From Actinomycetes bacterium (GTDB taxonomy: Bacteria; Actinomycetota; Acidimicrobiia; Acidimicrobiales; Acidimicrobiaceae): DNA of 58,594 bases. The notes below the pieces were generated by a model. That model saw only the letters and a list, made by a program, of their open reading frames with translations. It had not been told where the DNA came from and searched no databases. A program made the position numbers and the translations under genes. Shown here piece after piece: positions 42,360 through 51,512 of this stretch (the stretch's first letter is position 1; each line of letters starts with the position of its first letter). The stretch lies in NCBI GenBank assembly GCA_021784675.1, contig JAJYHR010000160.1, forward strand, positions 1 through 58,594, in the 5' to 3' direction.

Positions 42360-42365
42360 ATTATA
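42360..42365 (-). promoter_or_regulatory. consensus -10 hexamer TATAAT about 100 nt upstream of secE
   Basis: Plus-strand attata is the reverse complement of TATAAT. No recognisable -35 is present. Confidence 0.35.
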
Positions 42366-42765
42366 GCTGGCCGCCGCGCCCCAGCGGGCGAGAACCTGCC
42401 CGCACTCCCGGAGTTTGATCGCAGGCGGCCGCGAGCCCCTGCCAAGGGGGAGGAAAGACGCCGCCAGGACTTGCTGGTTATCGCCGGCCCTTGCAGCAGC
42501 AAGCCGCTCGCAACGCCTTTGGGCAAGCACACTACAGGGATGGGTTCATCCACCACGGCACCGTTATGCAACCGGCGCCCACTACCGGCGCGGACCGCCG
42601 CCCTCCCGCTCGCCCTCTCCGGATGCTCCTATCGCATAACCCACGACGCCTGCGCGACATCCCGGGTTTGGCCTCTCCGGCTGGCGTCGCCGGGCTGTCC
42701 GGCGTGCCACTCGCCTGGCCCGAGAGGGGGAGGACCAGAGCTCTGCTGCGGGGCGAGCAACGGGG

Positions 42766-43482
42766 CTAGACCAGCGGCCACGGGTAGGAGCGCCGCTCCG
42801 CATCCACCTGCGGGAGCCGGCCTGCCCGTGCCAACCAGGAAGCCCTGGCAGCCAGCGCGTCTACTTCGGCCTCCTGGAGCAGGCCTCCAATTTCCGGGTC
42901 TACACGAGAGGAGAGAACGGCCAGCCGCTCCTGCAGCTCATCCGCGATCGGAGTACCGCCAAACTCCCAGATCACCGTTCTCAGCTTGGGACGCGCGTTG
43001 AAGGTTAGGGCGTTGTCGATCGCGTAGAGGTGGCCATCTTCGCCGGCGATCAGGTGGCCGGCCTTCCGATCGGCGTTGTTCACCACCAGGTCGAAGGCGG
43101 CTACCAGCGCGAGCTGGGGATGAAGCTCCGCCTCCTCCAGCATCTCGAAGTAGTGCCGGGGGCGATCCGTTGCGATGAAGAGCTGGATCGACCCCACTCC
43201 GTAGGGAAGGTCGCTGCGAAGCACGATCGGCGGAATGAACTCCATCCCAAGCGCCCTCGCCACCAGGAAGCTGGCCAGCTCGCGCCGGTGCAGCCCGGGA
43301 GGGAAGTCGTGCAACGGCCGCTCGAACCGGACCGGCTTGTAGATCGCCAGCGGACCGTCCTCCAGCACGATCAGCAAAGCGCCGTTGCTGGACCCGGGGA
43401 TGAGCCCGATCACCTCGGCGGGCGCCCGCAGCAGCAGCTCGGTCAGCGGAGCGGGGCTCGGTGTCCGTTGGTCCTCGGGCAC
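42766..43482 (-). CDS. SCO1664-family protein (PI3/PI4-kinase-like catalytic fold; function unknown)
   Basis: 238-aa ORF with GTG start. Catalytic-loop-like VVNNADRKAGHLI and DFG-like LYAIDNALTF. It overlaps the upstream DUF3090 gene by 40 nt. Confidence 0.8.
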   Translation of the reverse strand: MPEDQRTPSPAPLTELLLRAPAEVIGLIPGSSNGALLIVLEDGPLAIYKPVRFERPLHDFPPGLHRRELASFLVARALGMEFIPPIVLRSDLPYGVGSIQLFIATDRPRHYFEMLEEAELHPQLALVAAFDLVVNNADRKAGHLIAGEDGHLYAIDNALTFNARPKLRTVIWEFGGTPIADELQERLAVLSSRVDPEIGGLLQEAEVDALAARASWLARAGRLPQVDAERRSYPWPLV

Positions 43483-43934
43483 TCGTGTCCATGGGGGTCA
43501 AGCGGGAAGCCGCAGAGTGGGCAGGGAGGGCGCCCACCCTCGATGAGACGGGTGGTAGTGATGGTGAACTGCGCGGCGGTCTCCGTGGAGATCACGAACC
43601 TTGCCGTCGCCGGCTCCTCCTCAGAGAGCTCGGTCGCCACGACCTCGATGCTCTCGGAGCCGGGGTCGACGCCCACCTCCAGAGCCCCGGCTGCCCAATC
43701 GAAGGCGGCGCTCGCGAGTGGCCCAGGCTCGCCGGAGAGCTCGTGGGGCCGCCCAAGCCTGGAGAGCGCCGATATCAGCGCCGCCTGGAGCGCCACCAGC
43801 TGACCCTTCTCGATCTTGAGAGTGATCTCCTCGACCAGATCGCTCCCTACCAGCAGGAACACTCGATGCCCCGGCTCGCCTACCGCAAACGGGGAGAAGA
43901 GCACCGCTGGCGAGAGATCAACCGACTTTGCCAC
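43443..43934 (-). CDS. DUF3090-family protein (C-terminal Cys/His zinc motif)
   Basis: 163-aa ORF with GTG start, ending ...GRPPCPLCGFPLDPHGHECPRTNGHRAP. It overlaps the upstream phosphatase gene by 17 nt. Confidence 0.85.
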   Translation of the reverse strand: MAKSVDLSPAVLFSPFAVGEPGHRVFLLVGSDLVEEITLKIEKGQLVALQAALISALSRLGRPHELSGEPGPLASAAFDWAAGALEVGVDPGSESIEVVATELSEEEPATARFVISTETAAQFTITTTRLIEGGRPPCPLCGFPLDPHGHECPRTNGHRAPLR

Positions 43935-44532
43935 GTTCCTCCCTCGGAAACTTCAAGTTGAGCGAATCGAGCTGTATCCAGCCGCTGGCTGCTACCACGG
44001 TAGTCAGCGACGCGGTCGAGACGTATATCCGGTGGATCGCATCCAGGTGCATGCCGAGAGCGTCGCAGGCTATCGCTCTGATCAGGTCGGCGTGGGTGTA
44101 GGCGACCACCGTCCTCCCGGAGTAGGTCTCCACCCAGCCGGCGATGACCTCCTGCACCCGCGCCTGCAGCTCGGAGAGGCTCTCCCCGCCGGGGAAACGG
44201 AAACGGGAGGCGCTCAGGACCACTCCCTGCCACTCCTTCTTCCGGCGTACCTTGGCGAGCTCGAGACCGGTCCACTCCCCGAAGTCGCACTCGATCAGCC
44301 CCGGGGTCGGCTCCGGAGCGATTCCGGTGATCGAAGCGAGCGCCTCGGCCGTCTCCACTGCGCGCTCCATCGGTGAGGTGTAGATTGCCGCGATCTTCGG
44401 GTGCAACCGGATCACCGACTCCGCGGCGGCCAGCGCCTCACGCTGACCCTCGAGGGAGAGGTGGAGACCGGGTGCCCTTCCGGGCAGCACCTTGCCGGTG
44501 GTCGGCGTCTTCCCATGGCGCACCAACACCAC
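43918..44532 (-). CDS. histidine-phosphatase superfamily protein (phosphoglycerate-mutase-like)
   Basis: RHG motif VVLVRHGKTPTTG. The track start at 44604 would overlap the thiolase by 52 nt. GTG at 44530-44532 gives (M)VLVRHG... with no overlap, but the start remains uncertain. Confidence 0.8.
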   Translation of the reverse strand: MVLVRHGKTPTTGKVLPGRAPGLHLSLEGQREALAAAESVIRLHPKIAAIYTSPMERAVETAEALASITGIAPEPTPGLIECDFGEWTGLELAKVRRKKEWQGVVLSASRFRFPGGESLSELQARVQEVIAGWVETYSGRTVVAYTHADLIRAIACDALGMHLDAIHRIYVSTASLTTVVAASGWIQLDSLNLKFPREERGKVG

Positions 44533-44552
44533 CTTGACCGGCTTCGCTACGC

Positions 44553-45719
44553 TCAAAAGAGCCGCTCCACAATCATCGCCATCCCCTGGCCGCCGCCAAC
44601 GCACATGGTCTCCAGACCAAAGCGCTGCTTTCGCTCCGCGAGCCCGTTGAGCAGGGTAGTCATGATCCGGGCACCGGTCATCCCGAAGGGGTGACCCAGA
44701 GCGATCGCACCGCCGTTCGGGTTGAGCTGCTCCTCCACCGAGATCCCCAGCTCCCTGGCGACCGCCAGCACCTGGGCGGCAAACGCCTCGTTGAGCTCGA
44801 CCACGCCAATGTCGGAGATCTTCAACCCGGCCATGTCGAGGACCTTCGTGACCGCGTCGATCGGACCTACGCCCATGATCTCCGGAGCGATTCCGGTAAC
44901 CGCAGAGGCGACGATCCTGGCCATCGGGGCGATTCCAAGCCGGTTGGCACGCTCCTCGGACATGACCACCACCGCGGCCGCTCCGTCGTTAAGCGGGCAC
45001 GAGTTTCCGGCGGTTACCGTGCCATCCGGGAGGAAGGCGGGCTGCAGCTCGGCGAGCCGTTCCAGGGTCGTGTTGGGCCGGGGACCGTCGTCCTTGGCGA
45101 CCACCTCCCCCTCCGGCGTGGTCACCGGGAGGATCTCCCGGCTGAAAAAGCCGGAGGCCTGCGCCGCAACCGCCCGGTCCTGGGAGATCTTCGCGTAGGC
45201 GTCCATATCCTCGCGCGATACCGCGTACTTCCTGGCCACGTTCTCCGCCGTCAACCCCATCGGAATGTACATCAGGTTGACGAAGTCCGGCCGCGACTGA
45301 TCCACGAAGCGGGGGTTCATGTCCTCGGGGTCGAACCCCTTCAGCGACGCCCTAGTGATGCTCTCCACGCCCCCGGCGACGAAGACCTCTCCCTCCCCCG
45401 CCCGGATCGCGTGGAAGGCCATCCTGATCGCCTGGAGCGACGAGGCGCAAAATCGGTTGACGCTGGTTCCCGGGACGGTGTCCGGTAGCCCGGAGAGGGC
45501 GGCGGCGTTGCGGCCGACGTTCATGCTCTGCTCGCCATGCTGGAGTGCGACCCCCCAGATCACATCGTCTACGCTCGCCGGGTCGAGGGAGGGAAGCCTC
45601 CGCATCACCTCCTCGATCACCTTCCCGCTCATGTCATCCGGCCGCACCGAAGTGAGCGAGCCCTTGAAGGCCCGCCCGATCGGCGTCCGCACCGCAGCCA
45701 CTATCACCGCTTCCGGCAT
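44553..45719 (-). CDS. acetyl-CoA C-acetyltransferase (thiolase II-like)
   Basis: 388-aa ORF MPEAVIVAAVRTPIGRAFKGSL...NRFCASSLQAI...NPNGGAIALGHPFGMTGAR...CVGGGQG. Confidence 0.93.
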   Translation of the reverse strand: MPEAVIVAAVRTPIGRAFKGSLTSVRPDDMSGKVIEEVMRRLPSLDPASVDDVIWGVALQHGEQSMNVGRNAAALSGLPDTVPGTSVNRFCASSLQAIRMAFHAIRAGEGEVFVAGGVESITRASLKGFDPEDMNPRFVDQSRPDFVNLMYIPMGLTAENVARKYAVSREDMDAYAKISQDRAVAAQASGFFSREILPVTTPEGEVVAKDDGPRPNTTLERLAELQPAFLPDGTVTAGNSCPLNDGAAAVVVMSEERANRLGIAPMARIVASAVTGIAPEIMGVGPIDAVTKVLDMAGLKISDIGVVELNEAFAAQVLAVARELGISVEEQLNPNGGAIALGHPFGMTGARIMTTLLNGLAERKQRFGLETMCVGGGQGMAMIVERLF

Positions 45720-45752
45720 CTGCCCACTCCTCCCTGCCCCCTCCGGGGGCGC

Positions 45753-46253
45753 CTACCCTTCAGCAGTCCCGCTCTCCGACCCGACCAGCTCGAGGAGCCG
45801 CCTCGCGTGGCCCTTTGCCTTCACCCCGTACAGAGCGGCAACGATCTTCAGCTCGCCGTCGACCACGAAGGTGGACCGGATCGTCCCCACCACCTCGCGA
45901 CCGTAGTTGAGCTTGGTCCCGTAAGCTCCCCAGGCGGCCATCACCTCATGACCAGGATCGCTCAGCAGCTCGAACCCGAGATCGAGCGCCGAGATGAAGC
46001 GCTGGTGGGAGGCCGGCGAGTCCGGGGAGATGCCGACGATCCGCAACCCAGCAGCGAGGAACTCCCCCCTTAACTGGTTGAAGTCGGAAGCTTCCACGCT
46101 GCATCCCGGGGTCATGTCCTTCGGATAGAAGTAGACGACCACCCCGCTCCCGCGGAACTGCTCCAGGCATACCAGCTGGCCGGAGTGGTTGGGCAGGCAG
46201 AACAGAGGCGCATTATCTCCGGGGGAAAGCCGGTTGGACGCGGATTCGCTCAT
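45753..46253 (-). CDS. bcp: thioredoxin-dependent peroxiredoxin Bcp
   Basis: 166-aa ORF with ATG start. VVYFYPKDMTPGCSVEASDF contains the peroxidatic Cys context. Confidence 0.9.
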   Translation of the reverse strand: MSESASNRLSPGDNAPLFCLPNHSGQLVCLEQFRGSGVVVYFYPKDMTPGCSVEASDFNQLRGEFLAAGLRIVGISPDSPASHQRFISALDLGFELLSDPGHEVMAAWGAYGTKLNYGREVVGTIRSTFVVDGELKIVAALYGVKAKGHARRLLELVGSESGTAEG

Positions 46254-46355
46254 GGGACCAAGGCTAGCCCCGGCGCCACCCTATCGGCACACAGCCTCCG
46301 GCACACCGGTGTGGGAGATCGCAGATTAGGATTCACCAGAAACAGGAGTTCTCAA

Positions 46356-47078
46356 GTGCCGCTCATCCCAATGGAACCGCCACAGTCCGCCCTGGTCATT
46401 TCGGCACACCCCGACGATGTCGACTTCGGGCTCGCCGGCACCGTGGCCCGGTGGCGCGCTCTCGGCGTTCCGGTCGCCTACTGCGTGATCACCGACGGCG
46501 ACGCCGGCGGCTTCGACCGCTCGGTCGACCGCTCCACCATCCCGGGGACCAGGCGATCGGAGCAGCTGGCGGCGGCGCGTGCCGCCGGCGTAGACACCGT
46601 CGAATTTCTCGGTTACCACGACGGAGCGCTCACCGTCTCCATGCAGCTCCGGCGCGATCTTGCCGCCATGATCAGGAGGTACCGGCCCGAGCGGGTCATG
46701 AGCCAGTCCCCGGTCCGCAACTTCACCCGCATCGGAACCTCCCACCCCGACCATCTTGCGGCCGGCGAGGCGGCGCTCCAGGCTGTCTACCCGGACTCCC
46801 GCAACCCCTTCGCCCACCCGGAGCTGCTCGAGATGGGACTCGAGCCCCACACCGTCCTCGAGGTCGCCATGAGTGCGTACCCGGAACCGAGCCACTACGT
46901 CGACATCACCGATCAGATCGACGCCAAGATCTCAGCCATCCTCGCCCACGAAAGCCAGCTCCCTCAGCCCAAAGAGGCCGCCGGAATGGTGAAACAGTGG
47001 TTGTCAGCGGCGGCCGGCATGGCCGGGCTCGGCGAGGGACGGTACGCCGAACTCTTCTACCTGATCCAGACGGGTTGA
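46356..47078 (+). CDS. PIG-L/LmbE-family N-acetylglucosaminyl deacetylase (MshB/Mca-like)
   Basis: LVISAHPDDVDFGLAG...ITDGDAGG...SHPDH motifs. AGGAG at 46344-46348 is 7 nt from GTG 46356, and ATG 46371 is an alternative. The track start at 46185 overlaps bcp. Confidence 0.85.
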   Translation: MPLIPMEPPQSALVISAHPDDVDFGLAGTVARWRALGVPVAYCVITDGDAGGFDRSVDRSTIPGTRRSEQLAAARAAGVDTVEFLGYHDGALTVSMQLRRDLAAMIRRYRPERVMSQSPVRNFTRIGTSHPDHLAAGEAALQAVYPDSRNPFAHPELLEMGLEPHTVLEVAMSAYPEPSHYVDITDQIDAKISAILAHESQLPQPKEAAGMVKQWLSAAAGMAGLGEGRYAELFYLIQTG

Positions 47079-47090
47079 GGCGCCGAGGCG

Positions 47091-48950
47091 CTACACCTCC
47101 CCGCCGCTCACCTCTACGAACTGGTTGTGGAAGAGTTCCGCGTAGAGGCCGCCCAGCTCCAGCAGCTCCTGATGCGACCCTACCTCGACCACCTGCCCAT
47201 GGTTCATCACCACGATGGTGTCGGCGCCAAGGATGGTCGAGAGCCGGTGGGCGATGACCACCGAGGTCCTCGCGGTCAACGTCTCCGAGATCGCCATCTG
47301 GATCAGCGCCTCGTTGGTGGCATCAAGGCTCGAGGTAGCCTCGTCGAGGATCACCACCTTCGGATCCTTGATCAGCACACGGGCTATCGACAGCCGCTGC
47401 TTCTCTCCCCCCGAGAGCCGGTATCCCCTCTCCCCTACCACCGTATCGATCCCCTGGGGAAGCCGATCGACCATCTCGGCGAGCTGGCTCGCCTCGATAG
47501 CGCCCTGGAGCTGCGATTCGGTGGCCGCCGGCCGCGCGTAGAGGAGGTTTGCCCTCACCGTATCGTGGAAGAGGAAGGGATCCTGGGTCACCACCCCGAT
47601 CGATCTCCTCAGCGCATCCAGATCCAGCAGCCGGAGGTCGACGCCGTCAAAGAGGATCCGCCCCCGCTCCGGATCGTACAGCCTGGTCATCAACGTGGTG
47701 ATCGTGGTCTTTCCGGCTCCCGACGGCCCGACCAGCGCAACGGTCTGCCCGGGCTCGATTCTCAGGTCGATCCCTTCGAGCGCCCAGTCCCGCTCCGGCG
47801 CGCTCGGGGCCGACCCCTCCTTGGCCAGGCTCGCCAGCGGCGCCCCGCTGGTATAGCGGAAGTAGACCCCCTCGAAGGCGATGGCCCCGACCGGCCGCAC
47901 GAGCAAAATCGGGTCGCTCGGCGCGCGGACGTCCGGCTCCACGTCCAAAACCTCGAAGACGCGATCGAAGCTGACCAGCGCCTGCAGCAGGTTGACCCGG
48001 GCGGTGGAGAGGTCGGTAAGGGGCGCGAACAGCTGGGTGATATAGGCAGCAAGCGCCACCAGCGCCCCGATCGAGAGCGAGCCGCGGATGGCCTGATCGC
48101 CGCCGATCGCGTATACAGCGACGGTGCCCACCCCGCCCAGCAGCGACAGCGACGTGAAGTAGAGCCGGCCGAAGAGGGCGAAACGGATGCCCGCGTCACG
48201 CACCGCAGCCGCCTTGGAGGAGAACTCGGTCGACTCGACCGCCCGATCACCAAAGAGGGAGACCAGGAGCGACCCGGAGACGTTAAACCGCTCCTGCTCG
48301 AAGGCGGCCATCACCGCGTTGGTCTGCATCTGCGCGCGCGCGTACCGGGACAGGCGCTTCCCGAGCAGCCGGTCGATCAGCAGGATGGCCGGAACCACCA
48401 GGAGCGCGAGCCCGGTGACCGGGACCGACAGCTGGAGCATGAAAAAGAGCGTGAAGACCAGAGTGGCCAGGTCGGAGACGACCGACCCCAGGGTCCCCAC
48501 CACCTGCTGGGAGCTGACCACGTCGCTATTGAGCCGGGAGAGGATCGCCCCCGTCTGGCTGTTGGTGAAGAATGAGAGGGAGAGCTGCTGGAGGTGCTCG
48601 AAGAGCCGGGTGCGCAGCCGGAAGATGATCCCCTCGCCGATCACCGAGTTCAGATAGCGATTCAAGATCCCGATCGCGCTCCCGCCGAAGGTGAGGAGCG
48701 CGATCTCGGCCGTGTAGACGAGCAGCAGCGAGACCGACCGGCGCGGGATAGCTAGGTTGATCACGTTCTTCAGGACCAGGGGGGTGAGCGACCCGACCAG
48801 CGCTGCCAGCAGCAGCAGGGCCAGGTAGACCAGGATCAGAAGGCGGAACTCCTGCGCCACCCGCCACGCCCGCTTCAGAGTTTTCCGGTCGATCTCGTCA
48901 AAGGTGACCGGCTCCTTGGCCATAGCCCTGAAGTTGCGCATCCCCATCAA
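47091..48950 (-). CDS. ABC exporter, fused permease/ATPase (MsbA/type IV-like)
   Basis: 619-aa ORF. N-terminal 6-TM domain, Walker A GPSGAGKTT, signature LSGGEKQRLSIAR, Walker B VVILDEATSSLD. Confidence 0.92.
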   Translation of the reverse strand: MMGMRNFRAMAKEPVTFDEIDRKTLKRAWRVAQEFRLLILVYLALLLLAALVGSLTPLVLKNVINLAIPRRSVSLLLVYTAEIALLTFGGSAIGILNRYLNSVIGEGIIFRLRTRLFEHLQQLSLSFFTNSQTGAILSRLNSDVVSSQQVVGTLGSVVSDLATLVFTLFFMLQLSVPVTGLALLVVPAILLIDRLLGKRLSRYARAQMQTNAVMAAFEQERFNVSGSLLVSLFGDRAVESTEFSSKAAAVRDAGIRFALFGRLYFTSLSLLGGVGTVAVYAIGGDQAIRGSLSIGALVALAAYITQLFAPLTDLSTARVNLLQALVSFDRVFEVLDVEPDVRAPSDPILLVRPVGAIAFEGVYFRYTSGAPLASLAKEGSAPSAPERDWALEGIDLRIEPGQTVALVGPSGAGKTTITTLMTRLYDPERGRILFDGVDLRLLDLDALRRSIGVVTQDPFLFHDTVRANLLYARPAATESQLQGAIEASQLAEMVDRLPQGIDTVVGERGYRLSGGEKQRLSIARVLIKDPKVVILDEATSSLDATNEALIQMAISETLTARTSVVIAHRLSTILGADTIVVMNHGQVVEVGSHQELLELGGLYAELFHNQFVEVSGGEV

Positions 48951-49034
48951 GGTAAGAGCCGCTCCCCTATTCGATTGTCTACTTCCGTTCCATCCTAGTA
49001 GCCTTACCGCAGGTCATGAGTGAGGAGGCGGCGT

Positions 49035-49727
49035 GTGGACCCGGAGGCGTTCTACCGACTGATCAACACCAGAAGGGACGTACGCGGGCAGTTCACCGGC
49101 GAGCCTCTCGACCCCGAAAAGCTGGGCCGGATCCTTGCCGCCGCCCATGCAGCCCCCAGCGTGGGGATGTCCCAGCCGTGGGGCTTCGTCATCGTCGATT
49201 CTCCAGCCACCAAGCGGGAGTTCCACGGCCACGTGATGGCGGAGCGCGCCGCTTACGACGCGACGCTCTCCGAAGATCGCCGCCAGACCTTCAGCAAGAT
49301 CAAGATCGAGGGGATCCTGGAGGCGACCTACGGCATCGTCGTCAGCTACGACCCCGACCGCGGCGCTCCGTCAGTCCTCGGCCGCCACTCCATCCCGGAC
49401 GCCGGGCTCTACTCGGTCTGCCTCGCCATCGAGAACCTCTGGCTGGCGGCAACCCTCGAAGAGATCGGCGTGGGCTGGGTCTCGTTCTACCGCGAGGAGT
49501 ACCTGGCCAAGCTGGTGGGGATGCCGGAACGGCTCCGGCCCATCGCCTGGCTCTGCGTCGGCCCGGTCAGCCACTTTGAAGCGGTGCCGGACCTGGAAAA
49601 GCTGGAATGGCGGTCGCGCTCACCACTCTCCGAGCACGTCTACCACGACCGTTACGGGGATGGAGACGGCGTCTCCGGCCTGGCGGCCATCGCCCCGCCG
49701 CCAGCTCGCGCTACCGGCGCCTCTTGA
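49035..49727 (+). CDS. bluB: 5,6-dimethylbenzimidazole synthase (BluB) / nitroreductase-family flavoprotein
   Basis: [20 protein letters not shown]...[19 protein letters not shown] matches the BluB pattern. GGAGG at 49024-49028 is 6 nt from GTG 49035, and GTG 49020 is an alternative. Confidence 0.7.
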   Translation: MDPEAFYRLINTRRDVRGQFTGEPLDPEKLGRILAAAHAAPSVGMSQPWGFVIVDSPATKREFHGHVMAERAAYDATLSEDRRQTFSKIKIEGILEATYGIVVSYDPDRGAPSVLGRHSIPDAGLYSVCLAIENLWLAATLEEIGVGWVSFYREEYLAKLVGMPERLRPIAWLCVGPVSHFEAVPDLEKLEWRSRSPLSEHVYHDRYGDGDGVSGLAAIAPPPARATGAS

Positions 49728-50682
49728 TCGCCTCGATCAACCTGGGAAGGATCTTCTGGGCATCGCCCACCACCCCGAGGTCGGCGATCCGGAAGATCGG
49801 GGCCTCCGGGTCCTTGTTGATGGCGATGATCGCCTTGGATCCCTTCATGCCCACCATGTGCTGGGTGGCTCCGGAGATGCCGATCGCGATATAGACGTCC
49901 GGCTTAACCGTCTTGCCGGTCTGCCCGACCTGGTAGGCGTAGGGAACCCAACCAGCGTCCACAATTGCGCGGCTTGCCCCCGGCGCGCCGCCGAGCAACC
50001 CGGACAGCTCCTCCACCGCGGCGTAGTTCTCCTGGGCGCCGAGCCCGCGGCCCCCGGCGACCACCACCGCCGCCTCGTCGAGCTTGGGGCCGGCATGCTC
50101 CTCGGACCGGCTCGACACCACTCTGCTCCTGTAGGCGGGCGCATCCGGCGACGCGGTAACCGTCACCACCGCCGGGGAGATCGGCTCCGCGACCGGATCC
50201 GGGGAGAAGCTCTTTGCCCTCACCCCGATCAAGGCGACCTTGCCTGCCTCCACGGCAGAGGAGACCACCCGCTCGCCACCGAAGATCACGTTCTCGGCGA
50301 CCACGGTATCGCCGTCGACGGATACGTTCACCGCGCTGCCGAGCACCGGCGCCGAAAGGAGCACCGAGAGGTGGGCCAGCGCGTCCCGACCCGTGTAGGT
50401 CTGCCCGGCCAGGATAGCCACAGGCGTCCCCAGCTGGGAGATCGCCTCCACAACAGCGGCCGCGATCAACCCTCCCTGGAGATGGCCTTCACACCCGCCA
50501 ACCTCGACCAAGGTCGCGACTCCATGCGCGCCCAGCTCCGCGGCCGCCCTGGAGAACGCGCCTCCACACCCGACCGCTACCACCGGACCCCCGATGCGGC
50601 GGGCCGCCGCCGCCAGCTCGAGCGCAAGCGGCGCCAGGGACTCTCCCTGCGTCTCGCAAATGATCCAGACCGAACCAGCCAC
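49711..50682 (-). CDS. etfA: electron transfer flavoprotein subunit alpha
   Basis: 323-aa ORF with C-terminal FAD-binding region ...[39 protein letters not shown]... Confidence 0.93.
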   Translation of the reverse strand: MAGSVWIICETQGESLAPLALELAAAARRIGGPVVAVGCGGAFSRAAAELGAHGVATLVEVGGCEGHLQGGLIAAAVVEAISQLGTPVAILAGQTYTGRDALAHLSVLLSAPVLGSAVNVSVDGDTVVAENVIFGGERVVSSAVEAGKVALIGVRAKSFSPDPVAEPISPAVVTVTASPDAPAYRSRVVSSRSEEHAGPKLDEAAVVVAGGRGLGAQENYAAVEELSGLLGGAPGASRAIVDAGWVPYAYQVGQTGKTVKPDVYIAIGISGATQHMVGMKGSKAIIAINKDPEAPIFRIADLGVVGDAQKILPRLIEAIKRRR

Positions 50683-50691
50683 TCGCCCTCC

Positions 50692-51450
50692 TTAAAGAAC
50701 CTTTATCCCCTCGAGGAAGGCGACGATCCGCTCCTCGGCGCTGCCATCGTCCTCGAAAACCTCTCCGGCCGCCCTGGCTTCGGCGTCCCGAACGCCAGTA
50801 ACCCGCTCGCCCACCTCGGCAGCGATACCGAGGTCACCCAGCGTGAGCAGCTCCACCGGCTTGTTCTTCGCCCCCATTATCCCCTTGAAGGACGGGTAGC
50901 GCGGCACCACCGAGCCGGCGGTGACGCTCACCACCGCGGGAAGCTCGGCTTCGACCTCCTCGAAACCATCCTCGGTCTGCCGCTTGATCCGGACCGTGCC
51001 CCCGTCGACCTGCATCTCCTTGGCAAAGGTGAGCGCCGGCCATCCGAGCAGCGCGGCAACCTGGGCCGGCACCGTGCCGGTGTAGCCATCGGTGGACTCG
51101 GTAGCCGCTACGACGAGTTCGGCTCCAGTCCGCACCACCGCTGCCGCCAGCACTCTGGCGGTGAGCAGCGCGTCAGCGCCGGCCAGCTGATCGTCGCTCA
51201 CCACGATGGCGCTTGCAGCACCCATCGCCAGCGCCGTCCTCACCCCAGCGGTCTCCTGGTTCGGTGCCATCGACACCACCGAGACCTCCGCAGCCAGCTT
51301 CTCGGCCACCTGGAGCGACGCCTCCACCCCGTAGGAGTCGGAGTCGTCGATGATCATCTTTCCCGCCCGAACCAGCCTCAAGCTGTCCGGATCCAAAGCC
51401 TGTGGCGCGGCCTGATCCGGGATCTGCTTCACGAGCGCCACTATCTTCAC
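50692..51450 (-). CDS. etfB: electron transfer flavoprotein subunit beta
   Basis: 252-aa ORF MKIVALVKQIPD...DDSDSYGVEASLQ... Confidence 0.93.
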   Translation of the reverse strand: MKIVALVKQIPDQAAPQALDPDSLRLVRAGKMIIDDSDSYGVEASLQVAEKLAAEVSVVSMAPNQETAGVRTALAMGAASAIVVSDDQLAGADALLTARVLAAAVVRTGAELVVAATESTDGYTGTVPAQVAALLGWPALTFAKEMQVDGGTVRIKRQTEDGFEEVEAELPAVVSVTAGSVVPRYPSFKGIMGAKNKPVELLTLGDLGIAAEVGERVTGVRDAEARAAGEVFEDDGSAEERIVAFLEGIKVL

Positions 51451-51512
51451 TGGTAGCTACCTCCTGAACAACTACGCACCGTAGCCTATACGCCCTCCCG
51501 GCCTCGCGGGGG

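Noticed and set aside
42290-42400. tRNA-like fragments upstream of secE: a GGTTCGAGG T-loop-like string and a GGG-CTGCAAA-CCC anticodon-arm-like hairpin
   Set aside because: The flanking sequence does not form matching T-stems or acceptor stems, and the two fragments are in the wrong order and spacing for a cloverleaf. No tRNA is called.
42450-42457. A GAGGAAAG motif (plus strand) resembling the RNase P RNA P4/CR-I signature, inside a ~365-nt unexplained region of about RNase P size
   Set aside because: The universally conserved continuation GUCCGGGC is absent; the sequence here is ACGCCGCC. I also could not find the 3' P4 strand (ACAGAAnCCGGCUUA) or the GGUAAGAGC-type elements on either strand. 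A covariance-model scan should still be run.
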